Below are positions 43,340-57,427 of a DNA stretch of 64,000 bases, piece by piece (the stretch's first letter is position 1; each line of letters begins with the position of its first letter). Below the pieces are notes generated by a model. It was not told where the DNA came from. It did not search any database and saw only the letters and a list, made by a program, of their open reading frames with translations. Source of the stretch: Eledone cirrhosa (taxonomy: Eukaryota); NCBI GenBank assembly GCA_964016885.1, contig OZ024740.1:214148001-214212000 (forward strand), written 5' to 3'. The translations under genes were made by a program, and so were the position numbers.

Positions 43340-45659
43340 TCTCTTTTACTCTTTTACCTGTTCCAGCCATCCAGCTGAGGCCATGCTGGGGCACCGCCCT
43401 TGTTGCTACACATTTTATCTCCAGCCTGTATTGGTTGGCCACTGGTGCAAGAGGTAGTTCGTTGTTGCTGCCCTTAGGTTTCCCTCGTGCCTTGCTGTGG
43501 GCTCATCCGGGATCCTGGATAGCAAGGTGTCGAGATGTTTTTTGAAGACATCCACACCATGCAGATCTCTCAGATCCCTCGGCAGCTTGTTGAAGAGTTG
43601 AGGGCCCTTGAACCTCATGTTATTGCAATATCTGCTCCTTATTCTAGATGTGGAAGACCACACAGTGACGTCCTGTTCGACGGTTGGTCCAGCTCCCAAT
43701 GCCAAAGTTTGTTACTAGTCCCTCCAGGATTTTCCACATGTAGATCACTGCGTATCTCTCCAGTCTTCGTTCCAAGGAGTAGAGGTTCAGTTCTTTTAGC
43801 CTCTCCCAGTAGCTTATCTCCTTCATCGTGGCAATCCTCTTGGTGTAGCTTCGCTGGATTGCCTCAAGCTCCGTGGTTAGTTTGACACTGTTGGGTGACC
43901 ACAACTGGGAGCAATAGTCCAGGCGGCTTAGGACAAATGTCCTCCATAGTGTCAACATGGTGTCTCGGTCTCAAAGATCCAGCCAGCGAGTCGTTGGCAC
44001 ATTGTCGCCACTTTTATGATGTGTGAGGAAAAAGATGCATCGTCGCTCATCTCTATACCCAGGTCTCGTATCGATTTTGACACAGGGATATCGGTCCCTC
44101 CTGGTCCTGCGTAACTGTGTTGTACTGGATTTGTGTTTTCAGGTTTGTATTGTAAGGTTTGGAATTTGCCAGCATTAAACTGCATGTTGTCTTCCGCCCA
44201 TTTGTATATGACATCCAGATCTTGTTGTAAAAGGGCAGCGTCAGCCGGGTTTTTGATTGCCTGTGCTACCTTAGTGTCAACAGCATAACCAGTGAGGGAT
44301 GTTGTTGTATGTACTACAGAGGGGATGTCTGAGAGAGCCATAAAAAACAGTAGTGGTCCAAGGACTGCGCCTTGGGGCACGCCACTTGTTATTAATGTTT
44401 CCTTTGAGAGGGCCCCGTTTGCTGCGACTGTCTGGCTTCTGTCCTTTAAGAAGTCGTGCAGCCACTCACCTACTTTTCCAGTTATGCCGAGTCCGTGTAG
44501 TTTGTGACATATCATTCCGTGGTCGACCTTGTCAAAGGCCTTCGGAATGTCAAGATATATCACGTCCATATGTGCGCTGTCTAGCAGTTGTTTCAGTACC
44601 TAGTCGTAGTGATGTAGCAGCTGTGTAAGGCAGCTTCTTCCTGGGCGAAAGCCATGCTGCGTGCTATTTAGGCGGTCATTTTCCTCGAGGAAAGTGAGCA
44701 GTTTCTTTCTGACGACTCGCTCCATGACCTTACTGATATGTGACGTCAGGGAGACTGGCCTATAGTTTTTGGCCTTCGCTCTGCTACCTCTTTTTGAATA
44801 GGGCATATTGACCTTCTTTCAGCTCCCTGGGTAGTCTACCGTTAGCCAAGGAGCTTCTGAAGAGCGTCTTCAGTGGAGTTGCTAAGGCCCACTTACGTGT
44901 TTTTAAGAGGGCTGCTGGGAATCCATCAGGTCCAGCAGCTGAGTCTGTTCTAATTTTATCTATGGCGTATACCACATCCTCCTCCGTTATGTTTATGTGG
45001 TAATGGTCGCCATTTCTTCATGTAGTGTTGTGGCATCAAAGAACTTCTCTGGCTTTGTTATTTTCATGTGCCTCAGTGGACATGTGAACACACTTTTTTA
45101 CTGTTCGTTCAGTATTTCACTTATCTCTTGGGGACTCTCGGTTAATGAACCGTCTGTATGGGAGAGTGGCTCAATCTTGCAGTGTACCGAGGCAGTTTCT
45201 TTTGCAAATTTAAAGAAGGCCTTAGGGTTTGTTTTAATATTTTCTATGGCCCTGCTTTCTTTCTTTGCCCTCTCATTTTCATGGGAAAGTTTGAGTGCAA
45301 TCTTGGTGTCAAGTAGTGCACGTTTCAAATAGGATTCCTTCTTGTTTGTTCTTTCTTGTTGTGCATTCAACTGGTTTGAGAGCTTGGTTCTACGTCTCAT
45401 AAGGATTTTCCTATCTCTGGGAATAAGATTTTTGTGTCTGTTGCCCTTTTTCTCCGGGACAAACTTTTGGCATATAGTGTGTATCGTTATCATGAAGTGT
45501 TGAAATTGTGTGTTGGTGTTTTAATGTGTCAATAGTACAATTGGTGTGACATCTTCAGGATATACAGAGCAGCCCCACCATGAGTTCTCTCTTTCCTGTC
45601 CGAACGAAATACAGTATATTTTGGTATATGTATTTCCGCATCTGCTATACTGCTTGTCG

Positions 45660-45660
<1 letters not shown>
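43340..45660 (-). mobile_element. CR1-group LINE, frameshifted and internally deleted (APE fragment, RT, 3' end)
   Basis: APE remnant [18 protein letters not shown]; [62 protein letters not shown]; 3' tail (TAAAAGAG)n. Confidence 0.9.
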
Positions 45661-45700
<40 letters not shown>

Positions 45701-45783
45701 GGAAAAATTTGAACAAGGACAAAACAGAGAGGCGGTACAATAAATGTTTATTAATTTCACGCTCAGGAGAGTGGGGGGTAGGT

Positions 45784-45935
<152 letters not shown>

Positions 45936-45960
45936 TATACATATATATATATATATATAC

Positions 45961-46117
<157 letters not shown>

Positions 46118-46132
46118 TATACATATATATAC

Positions 46133-46215
<83 letters not shown>

Positions 46216-46221
<6 letters not shown>

Positions 46222-46665
46222 GAGAAGAAAGAAGAATACTGCGTGGTTGCACATGGGTTACATATGATAAAATTAGTCCTTCGTCAGTGATTTGCCAACC
46301 ATCATTGATATTTCATCGCATTAAAAATCATATACCTCAGGTTGGTGCGAGCAATAACTAAAAAAAGTTATTGGGACCAGTAAATCGCGTAAAGCGAGGG
46401 GGACAAGTAAACAACATAGAAGAATAAAAGCAAACCAAAGATAGAAAATAAAAAAGCAACATGGTTGTCCGGTCAGCATAAGCTGGGAAGGAACCAGGTG
46501 GACCATAACGTACCAGAGTACTCGATACTTTTGGTAGTAGAGTGGGTAATAGGAAAAGAGTCAGGACCCCGACGGCAGAGCTCAAGCCGTTTCGACTGCT
46601 ATTTCTGGACTGAAATAGCCGTCGAAACGGCTTGAGCTCTGCTGTCGGGGTCCTGATTCTTTTCC

Positions 46666-46668
<3 letters not shown>
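46216..46668 (-). mobile_element. Family J-like segment fused to family E fold-back (E3, 46488-46668)
   Basis: 46250-46400 matches family J. 46488-46668 matches E2, with palindrome centre near 46608. Confidence 0.7.
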
Positions 46669-46698
<30 letters not shown>

Positions 46699-47029
46699 GT
46701 CTGTATATATATAGATAGATAAATAGTTAGAGAGAGAGAAAGAAAGAGAGAGGTAGTGCGTGCGTGTATGTGTGCGTGTTTGCACTCACATCAATTTAGT
46801 TTTTCAGTTTCCTCACTGTATCCCATAGAAACGTATATTTCTATATAATAAGAAAAATATTTTGTCAATTTATTTAGAAACAATCTCACCATTTCTTAAA
46901 ATTTTGTGCAAGGATCTAGATCGATCGCAGAATATTCCACGAGGTAAAAAAATCCAATACGTGACCGCTTCTCGTGTAAAAAGAGTAAACTTAAAAAGCG
47001 AGTTCGAGAAAAACTGAAAGCTATAATGT

Positions 47030-47216
47030 AATTGTTTCTACTTTTGGCACAAGGCCAGCAATTACCCAGTACATTACTGGTACTTTATTTTATCGACCCC
47101 GTAAGGATGAAAGGCAAAGTTAAGCTCAGCGGGATTTGAACTCAGAACGTAAAGGGACGTAACTATGCTGGAAAGCATGTCCGACCCTTTACCGGTACTC
47201 CCAATTCACCGCCCTA
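47030..47216 (-). mobile_element. tRNA-derived SINE
   Basis: Same family core as the other copies. Confidence 0.85.
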
Positions 47217-48072
47217 ATTCACTGAAAGCTCTAATGTAATGGGAGTTAGAAAGTTGAGGATGAGTGCCAAGCATAGACCATTTTCAAAATAGGTAATTTT
47301 TGTAAATTAGAAAATTATAATTTTTCCCTTCAAAGTCTCTTAAATTTTGACAAAAATTTGAAAAAAAAATTTAAATAACCTTCGGCCTCCAGGACGCAAG
47401 GGAGATTTTTGAGACTTATTTTAGGAAAAAAGTAGAGTCTTTGACGCCGGGAAATACGGTATGTTGACGTAATCTGCGAGAATAATACATAAGATGTCAA
47501 ACAGATTCTTCACTAAAATGTTGATATACCAGCGTTCTTCTCTTTTTTGTCAGGCCTTTTGCCTGTTAAGCACCTTTTTTCTCTAACATATACGGTTATA
47601 CAATAAGTTTTATGCATGTTTCTTCAGTGTCCCATTAAAATTGTTGACAAATATATTCATGTACCGATTCTTGTACGGGGCTGTCTCATTTCAACACATT
47701 TCCTTAACACTGCACACATGAGCCAAATGTATTTTTGCTTAAACAAGTCTTGGTTGACTTACAAAGCATTAGGAAATTTAAAATTTGAAAATTTAGACGC
47801 CAACGCAAGTAACTATAATAATAGTTGATAACCCTAAATACTAGCTGAGCTGGAAACGAAGAAAATAGGACAGAGATGCTTGCGGGGAATGGAATCACGC
47901 ATCTCTCGTATGTCGGACGAATGCGATCAAAGGCTCCCTGGTTGCTCAGTATCGGTTTTTTTTAAAGAAGATTTAAGCGTGACTTTAGAAGTATAAACAA
48001 TGTTTGGTTAACATATGGAGCATTGGAAACATTGAAGATATTGTCACAACTGCAGATAGATAACCATGAATA

Positions 48073-48288
48073 ATGGTTTCTACTTTAGGCACAAGGCCAG
48101 CAATTTGAAGGAGAGGGGAAAGTCGATTAAATCAACCCTAGTACAGTATTACTACTTTATTTTATCGACACCGTAAGGATGAGAGGCAAAGTTAACCTCG
48201 GCGGGATTTGAACTCAGAACGTAAAGGGCCGTAACTCTATGCCGTGAAGTATGTTGTTCGATGCTCTACTGATACTGCCAATTCAACG
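48073..48288 (-). mobile_element. tRNA-derived SINE
   Basis: Same family core as the other copies. Confidence 0.8.
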
Positions 48289-48642
48289 CATAAATAATAG
48301 TTGAATAAGATCAGGGAAAGGTAACTTGCAAACGGTAAGAAAAGTGGACAGAGAATGAGCAGACCTTTGAAAAAAACATAACGTCCATGGCCATCATGTC
48401 TGAGATTACGTAAGTCTACATTATCCAATATATCTTTTCTTTTCTCAAGATGGTAGGGGAGTAGATTTGAGGGAGATGTGTGTACTGTTTTTAGTAGGTC
48501 GAGGGATGACAGAAGATTCCTCATTAACTTGACTGTTCTTTGATTCTTTCATGCGAGATCAGGAGATCATCGAATTGTTTATTCATCATCAAGACTGGTC
48601 TATTATCTGGAGTAAATGACTGGATTTTTAACATCCTTACGG

Positions 48643-48865
48643 TGGAGGCGCTTGGCCTAGTGGTAAGGGTGTTGGACTTACAATCATAATGTCGTGGGTT
48701 TGATTCCTGGGCTAGGTTGTGTGTTGTGTTCTTGAGCAAAAATGAGTACCAGTAATAGCTGAGGATTTAACCCTGTGATGGTCTGGCGTCTTGTCGAGAG
48801 GGGAGCTTCACGCCACGAAACCGGGATAAACACCGGCCTGACGAGCCTCCTGGCATGAGACAGAC
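48643..48865 (+). mobile_element. Second tRNA-derived SINE family
   Basis: TGGCCTAGTGGTAAGG (A box)...GGTTTGATTCC (B box)...TGTGTTCTTGAGCAA. A related head lies at 53888-53975. Confidence 0.65.
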
Positions 48866-49779
48866 TTTAGATTTAGACTTACAGTCGAGTTTATAAACTC
48901 ATCATCACAAGGGAGTTTGAATGAGAATTGTTGCAAGTTAATTCTTGATCAAACGTGTTACAAAATACTTCATTGTACTTCATTGGAAAACCAAAGACTC
49001 GGCTAAAACATTTTCTTTTCTATGTTTTTGTTTTTACAACATGGATACTAACATGACTTGATTTTCAATATTTTTTCTTTAGTTTAGGGGTATACAAGAT
49101 GTAGATATTACCTTAGCGTGCAGTTTACTCCAGTATCCATAGACTAGTCTGTGTAATGACCTAACCTGTCTACGGGGTTATGGTTAGTTCTTGTTTTGTG
49201 TGTGAAATAGAGGGGCACGCTGAACTCTAAATATGCAGGTAGACTGCATGCTGAAGTCTAAATATGCAGGTAGACATCACGCTGAACTGTAAATGGCCAA
49301 AGTGTTATGCTAAAGTGGAAAGGATCAGGTCGAGCGCACGCTAAAGTAACACGAAAAACTTTATCTAACTCATAGCTTCTGGTTTTCAATCTGCACGTGA
49401 ATAGTCATACGCTTATGTAACCATATTCACCAATCGCTACTTTTAGGACATAGGGTTTACAGGAACCTTAACATGGAGACAATCAACAGTATCAAGCGCT
49501 GCTGGGCCCTGTCGTTATTTTTTGTAGTGCCTTAAGGCTTAATGGTATAACTGTGTTGAAACGGGGTGTGGGTAATGGAGTGTGTCAAATTCTCTTCTTT
49601 ACGTAAGAACCAGCAGATTGGGAATATTTAAAGTGAAGTCGGTTTGCATAGAGAACATAGCCTACCATCTTCTCCAAGATACACTGCGCAAATTATGTCA
49701 CGTGACGAGAGAGCGAGCGAGAGAGAGACAGAGCGAGCGAGAGAGAGAGAGAGAGAGGGAGAGAGAGTGAGTGACAGAG

Positions 49780-49836
<57 letters not shown>

Positions 49837-50135
49837 ACCTTCAACGTACTGTGCTGGTACGAATGACGCCACGCGACAGGCGTAAATCGGATGCATGTAT
49901 GTAGTTAAAGCAGGGATGCAACGAACTGCAGACGATTTAGTGGGGAGGCTGTTGTTTATTATTATTTGTGTGTGTCTGTGTGTAGCTGGGATGCTATTAC
50001 TAGCCTAGGGTGAAGAGAGAGAGTAGCAGTGCTACAGACGGTAATGGTAGTGGTAGTAGTGATGGTGTAGTGGTGGTTGTGGTAGTGGGTAACATTTCCC
50101 TGCGTTGCGTCTCCATTATCAAAGCTTGAAAATGA

Positions 50136-50205
<70 letters not shown>

Positions 50206-50256
50206 CAAAGTAGGGTGGTGCATACACACACACATATATGTATATGTGTATATATT

Positions 50257-50289
<33 letters not shown>

Positions 50290-50391
50290 TATAGAATACT
50301 GTTAGCTTCTCGCTAAAACAATTTCTATACCTTTCATTTATATATATATATATATCTATATATATATATATATATATATACATATATCTAC

Positions 50392-50444
<53 letters not shown>

Positions 50445-50475
50445 TATACATATATATCTACATATATATATATCT

Positions 50476-50634
<159 letters not shown>

Positions 50635-50679
50635 TCTACATATATATATATATATTACATATATATATCTACATATATC

Positions 50680-50716
<37 letters not shown>

Positions 50717-50730
50717 AGATATATGTATAT

Positions 50731-50802
<72 letters not shown>

Positions 50803-50866
50803 ATATACATATATATACATATATCTACATATATATATATATATATATATATTACACATATATATC

Positions 50867-50910
<44 letters not shown>

Positions 50911-51004
50911 CATATATCTACACATATATATATATATATATATACACATCTATATATATACATATATCTACACACATATATCTATATATATACATATACA
51001 TATC

Positions 51005-51084
<80 letters not shown>

Positions 51085-51173
51085 CACCCGTGTATATTTA
51101 CCTATCTATATATATATACATATACATATATATATATACAAATATATATATATATACACATATATATATATAC

Positions 51174-51221
<48 letters not shown>

Positions 51222-51235
51222 GTATATATATATAT

Positions 51236-52210
51236 GGCAATCAAAAACCCGGCTGACGCTGCCCTCTTACAGCAGGATCTGGATGCCATATACAGATGGG
51301 CGGAAGAAAACAACATGCAGTTTAATGCTGGCAAATTCCAAGCCCTACAATACAAACCTGCAAACACAAACACAAATATAGCGGAACACAGCTACACAGG
51401 ACCAGGAGGGACCGATATCCCCGTGTCAAAATCGATACGAGACCTGGGCATAGACATGAGCGATGATGCATCTTTTTCTTCACACATCATGAAGGTGGCG
51501 ACAGCATGTAGACGATTCGCTGGCTGGATCTTGAGGACTTTCCTTACAAGAGATCGAGACACCATGTTGACACTGTGGAGGACTTTTGTCCTAAGCCGCC
51601 TGGACTACTGCTCCCAGCTGTGGTCACCCCATAGTGTCAAACTAACCACAGAGCTTGAGGCAATCCAGCGAAGCTACACCAAGAGGATTGCCAAGATGAG
51701 GGAGACAAGCTACTGGGAGAGGCTGAAGGAACTGAACCTCTACTCCTTGGAGCGAAGACGGGAGAGATACGCAGTGATCTACATGTGGAAAATCCTGGAG
51801 GGACTAGCACCAAACTTTGGCATTGGGAGCTGGACCAAACGTCGAACAGGACGTCACTGTGTGGTGCCAAAGGTCCCGTCTTGCACATCTAGAATAAGGA
51901 GCAGGTATTGCAATAGCCTGGGATTCAAGGGCCCTCAACTCTTCAACAGGCTGCCGAGGCATCTGCGAGACTTGCATGACGTGGAGGTGGATGTCTTTAA
52001 GAAACATCTCGACACCTTGTTATCCAGGATCCCGGATGAGCCCACAGCAAGACACGAGGGAAACCTAAGGGCAGCAGCAACAAACTCCCTCCTACACCAG
52101 TGGCCAACCTATACAGGCTGGAGATAAAATGTGTAGCAACAAGGGCGGTGCCCCAGCATGGCCTCAGCCGGATGGCTGAAACAGGTAAAAGAGTAAAAGA
52201 GTAAAAGAGT
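51236..52210 (+). mobile_element. CR1-group LINE 3' fragment with an open C-terminal frame to 52127
   Basis: [16 protein letters not shown]...RDLG...[12 protein letters not shown]...[11 protein letters not shown]...KGPQLFN. Close paralog of 43340-44260; tail (TAAAAGAG)x3. Confidence 0.92.
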
Positions 52211-52302
52211 ATATATACACACACACATATATATATATATATATACATATATACATATATACATATATATACATATATACATACATATATATACATATAT
52301 AC

Positions 52303-52353
<51 letters not shown>

Positions 52354-52399
52354 CATATATATATACATATATATATAGCGGCGATGAATTAGTTTTGCG

Positions 52400-53462
52400 A
52401 GGTTTTTTTTATATGAAATCGTGTGTCGAAACAGATATTGTTATATTTGGGGAGGGTCATATTTGTGTAATATTGCCAGAATTAATAACAGAACACACTC
52501 ACTGTTTGGTTGGTTTTCGCTTCTCGCTGTCTTTTATATATACATATCTGCGATCTAACTTACTCGGTCCTCAATGTTGCCATTGACTGACCGGCGGTCA
52601 AAAATAATACAGATACAATATAGACAAACACATATATATATAGTTTACATAATTTACATAAATCTTTCGTTGCACATCTGCAACATCGTCAGTGGTGTTA
52701 TATTCATTGTTCCTCCTGTTGTGTTGTATGTCTACGCCATTTTTTTGTTCAGTCTGTCTATATATTTATTTATTTATTTGCTTGTTTGTTTATCTTATTT
52801 TATTTTGTCTTCTCTGCGCATGCGTTTGCGTGTGTGTATAGTGTTATGTGTGATGTGTGACTAGTGTGTATAGTGTTGTGTCTGCTGGGTGACTAGTGTG
52901 TGTTTATGTGCTTGTGTATGTATTTATTTATCTTATTTTATTTTATTTAATTTACTTATTTATTTATACTTCTCTTAGGTCAGTGTTGTTTGTTTGGGTG
53001 TTGTTGTTGTTCCACTCATTCTTTCTGTTTAGCTTTGGTCTTCTAATTTCTATTTCACTGGCCTCTCTGATTTGCCTATCTGCTGGGTCATTCCTATGTT
53101 TAGATATTATTCTAATTTCTATGTTCTCTATGTTACCGTCATGTTGTTGTCTAGCATGTTCGTATAGTACTGATCCGTTTTTTCGTCCTTTTAGTTCCCC
53201 CCAGTGTTGGTCTATCCTTTCACCTATGCTACGAGCTGTCTCACCTATGTATGTTGTTGTCGTGTTTCTGCAAGTACCCTCTGTACATCTTATGCTATAG
53301 ACTACGTTTCTAGTTTTACAGTTTATCCGGGGGTTCACCTTACATATGATACATTTCCTATTGGTACAGTGGGTTTTCTTAAAAGGAAATGTATCATATG
53401 TAAGGTGAACCCCCGGATAAACTGTAAAACTAGAAACGTAGTCTATAGCATAAGATGTACAT
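52400..53462 (-). mobile_element. Family A-related PLE 3' part (GIY-YIG 52964-53380) with a short fold-back arm (53384-53462); HHR at 52657-52694 (-)
   Basis: NCKTRNVVYSIRC...YIGETARSIGERIDQH...RQIREA...PKLN. HHR: CA-CTGACGA-T-GTTGCA-gatg-TGCAAC-GAAA-GATT-TA/TG. Confidence 0.88.
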
Positions 53463-53504
53463 TTATATGTGTGTGTGGCATGTATGTTTGTTTGTGAGGT
53501 ATGT

Positions 53505-53692
53505 ATCGTGGGAAGGGGTGGGGAAATCGATTATATCGATCCCAGTACTTGATTGGTCCTTTATTTTATCGAACCCGGAAAGATGAAAGGCAAAGCTAAC
53601 CTCAGCAGGATTTGAACTCAGAAAGTAGAAAGTTGTAGGTAAATACCGCAAATCATTTTGTCCGACACTCTACCGATTCTGCCAACCTCCCA
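53505..53692 (-). mobile_element. tRNA-derived SINE
   Basis: GATGAAAGGCAAAGCTAACCTCAGCAGGATTTGAACTCAGAA core. Confidence 0.75.
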
Positions 53693-54151
53693 CCCAGGGG
53701 TATCATTAATGACATTTATATTGTTTCTATTTATTAGAGTGAACAAAAGTCTACACTTGATTCTACTGGTTATTTAAACCTGGAGAGGAGGTGGGTCCAG
53801 CCAGGATTTAAAAATGCCCTAGAAAAGTCGTATGTCAATACAGAACCCTTAAGGCTCTCTCAAGAGTTACGGATTCATACATAGTTAAGGCGCTGAGTGG
53901 TTAAAGAATTGGATTCGCAATCGTGAGGTTGTGAGTTCGATTTCTGGACTGGGCAAGACACTTTATTTCACGTTGTTCCTTCTACATGGACTTGCAACCG
54001 ATAGATGGTATTAGCAATTGAAAAAAAAACAATGGAAACATTGTTGCCTCGGTCCGATTTGACGAGCTCCACCGCACTCGTTAAGCGAATGAGGTCTGGG
54101 ATCTTGTTGGTCGACTATCGACTGGTTATTAGTTACACTAATGCCATTCAT

Positions 54152-54302
54152 AGGTGACGTATTGATAGAGTGGTTAGAACGTTAGATAGAATAGTTTGTA
54201 CTATTAGTTGGTTCTCTGCTCTCTGAGTTCAAATCCAGCCGAGGATAATTTTGCCTTTTATCAATTCGAGGTCAATAAAATAGTACCAGTTAAGTACTGG
54301 GC
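54152..54302 (+). mobile_element. tRNA-derived SINE, diverged
   Basis: CTGAGTTCAAATCCAGCCGAGG...TTTGCCTTT...GTACCAGT. Confidence 0.65.
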
Positions 54303-54632
54303 CCATTCTTCCTTTATATCTCTTTCTTACTTCCATTCTCTCATTCTCTAACATTTTCTGGTAGGAATCTGCTGTATTCAGACATGGAAAAGAGATGGGC
54401 TCTGCCAGGTTTTAAAATCCCCTAGACTCTCCGTATATCAATACGGCGGTCCTATGACTGCCTCAGTAGTTACGGGATCATGTATGCATGCAATACACTT
54501 CTTAGGAGGCGAATTGGTAGTGATTAGAACGGCCTATAGAATACTCTGAGATATTCGTTTCGGCTCTCTGCTCTCTCAGATCAAACCCCACTTCCATTCT
54601 CTCATTTTCTATCCTTCTCTGGAAGAAATCTA

Positions 54633-56028
54633 TGGAGTAGAAGTGGAGTGGAAGTGGAGTAGTAGAAGTGGAGTGGAAGTGGAGTGGAAGTGGAGTGAAA
54701 GTGGAGTAGAAGTGGAGTAGAAGTGGAGTGGAAGTGGAGTGGAAGTGGAGTAGAAGTGGAGTGGAAGTGGAGTGAAAGTGGAGTAGAAGTGGAGTAGAAG
54801 TGGAGTAGAAGTGGAGTGGAAGTGGAGTGGAAGTGGAGTGGAAGTGGAGTGGAAGTGCAATGGCAGTGAAGTAGAAGTGGAGTGGAAGTGGAGTGAAAGT
54901 GGAGTGGAAGTGGAGTAGAAGTGGAGTGGAAGTGGAATGGAAGTGGAGTGGTAGAAGTGGAGTGGAAGTGGAGTAGAAGTGGAGTGGAAGTGGAGTGGAA
55001 ATGGAGTAGAAGTGGAGTGGAAGTGGAGTGAAAGTGGAGTAGAGGTGGAGTAGAAGTGGAGTAGAAGTGGGGTGGAAGTGGAGTGGAAGTGGAGTGGAAG
55101 TGGAGTAGTAGAAGTGGAGTGGAAGTGGAGTAGAAGTGGAGTGGAAGTGGAGTGGAAGTGGAGTAGTAGAAGTGGAGTGGAAGTGGAGTAGAAGTGGAGT
55201 GGAAGTGGGGTAGAAGTGGAGTGGAAGTGGAGTGGAAGTGGAGTAGAAGTGGAGTGGAAGTGGAGTAGAAGTGGAGTGGAAGTGGAGTGGAAGTGAAGTA
55301 GAAGTGGAGTGAAAGTGGAGTGGAAGTGGAATGTAAGTGGAGTGGAAGTGGAATAGAAGTAGAGTAGAAGTGAAGTGGAAGTGGAGTAGAAGTGGAATGT
55401 AAGTGGAGTGGAAGTGGAGTAGAAGTAGAGTAGAAGTGGAGTGGAAGTGGAGTAGAAGTGGAATGTAAGTGGAGTGGAAGTGGAGTGGAAGTGGAGTAGA
55501 AGTGGAGTAGAAGTGGAGTGGCAGTGGAGTAGAAGTGCAGTGGAAATGGAGTGGAAGTGGAGTAGAAGTGGAGTGGAAGTGGAGTAGAAGCGGAGTGGAA
55601 GTGGAGTGGAAGTGGAGTGGAAGTGGAGTAGAAGTGGAGTAGAAGTAGAGTAGAAGTGGAGTGGAAGTGGAGTAGAACTGGAATGTAAGTGGAGTGGAAG
55701 TGGAGTAGAACTGGAATGTAAGTGGAGTGGAAGTGGAGTAGAAGTGGAGTGGAAGTGGAGTAGAAGTGGAATGTAAGTGGAGTGGAAGTGGAGTAGAAGT
55801 AGAGTAGAAGTGGAGTGGAAGTGGAGTAGAAGTGGAGTGGAAGTGGAGTGGAAGTGGAGTGGAAGTGGAGTAGAGGTGAAGTGGAAGTGGAGTAGAAGTA
55901 GAGTAGAAGTGGAGTGGAAGTGGAGTAGAAGTGGAGTAGTAGAAGTGGAGTGGAAGTGGAGTAGAAGTGGGGTGGAAGTGGAGTAGAAGTGGAGTGGAAG
56001 TGGAGTAGAAGTGGAATGGAAGTGGAGT
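54633..56028. repeat. 11-bp satellite (GGAGTRGAAGT)n, ~1.4 kb
   Basis: Read directly; it produces the spurious STPLPLHF ORFs. Confidence 0.95.
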
Positions 56029-56321
56029 GACGTTAATGTATTTAAAAAATACAATTCTAAAAAATATATTGATCATAAGGAATCGAGACCGGATGTGCCA
56101 CACGCTACAATCAAAACTGCTGACACCTGACACCCTCCATTAAAAACTGGGAACCATGTTTGTCCATAATCTGCAAATAAAATCAATGTGGAAATTATGC
56201 ACACACATGCACATACATATAAATATACACACACATACATACAAACACACACGCACATACAGGTACGTAATACATACACACACATACAGACATACAGGCA
56301 TATACATATATATATATATAT

Positions 56322-56525
56322 AACGAAGGAATTGTGGTAAGTAACCAGATGGACCATAACGTACCAGAGTACTCAATACTTAAGGTAGTAGAGTGGGTAA
56401 CAGGAAAAAGTATGACCCCGACGGCCGAGCTCAAGCCGTTTCGACGGCTATTTCTGGACTCAATATTTCTGTCCAGAAATAGCCGTCGAAATGGCTTGAG
56501 CTCTGCCGTCGGGGTCATACTTTTT

Positions 56526-56530
<5 letters not shown>
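56322..56530. mobile_element. Family E fold-back (E4)
   Basis: Long arm 56322-56460 (-), short arm 56471-56530 (+); (TA)n on both sides. Confidence 0.8.
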
Positions 56531-56619
<89 letters not shown>

Positions 56620-57427
56620 GGCACATACGAACACACACACTCACACAAGCACATACATACACACACACATATACAGGCACAACAATTATACACACACATA
56701 CAAACACATACAAACACGCACACATACAGGGTCATACAGGCACATACATATATACACACATACAAGCACATACATATACACACACATACAAGCATATACA
56801 TATACACAACCACACATACAGGTATATACAAACACACACACATATATACACATACATATTTATACACACATACAGGCACATATAAACACACACTACAAAT
56901 ACAGGCACATACAAACACACACACATACACATAGAGGCACATACAAACACATACACACATACAGGCACATACATATATACACACACATACAAGCACATAC
57001 ATATACACACACACACATACACACACACATACAGGCACATACACACATACAGACACATACATATATACACACACATACAAGCACATACATATACATACAC
57101 ATACAGGCACATGCATATACACATACACACACATAGAGGCACTTACAGACACACACTACCCATACAGGTATATACAAAAACACACACATAGACGCACATA
57201 CATATATATACACACACCCATACAGGCACATACAGACACACACTATAAATACAGGCACATACATACACACACACACACATAACACCTACTCCTTCTCTTT
57301 CTCTCATTCTCTCTTCCTCTTCTCGTTACCTCTCTAACACACACACACACACACACACATTCTCTCTCTCACATACACACACCCACGTCAAGCATGCATG
57401 CGTACACACGCTGTATCACTTTCGCAC

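Noticed and set aside
48643-48715. tRNA gene (also 53888-53950 and the other SINE heads)
   Set aside because: A and B boxes are present but there is no complete cloverleaf, and the sequence continues into SINE body.
54502-56133. 543-aa and 474-aa STPLPLHF repeat proteins
   Set aside because: These come from an 11-bp satellite whose unit is not a multiple of three and which is open in multiple frames.
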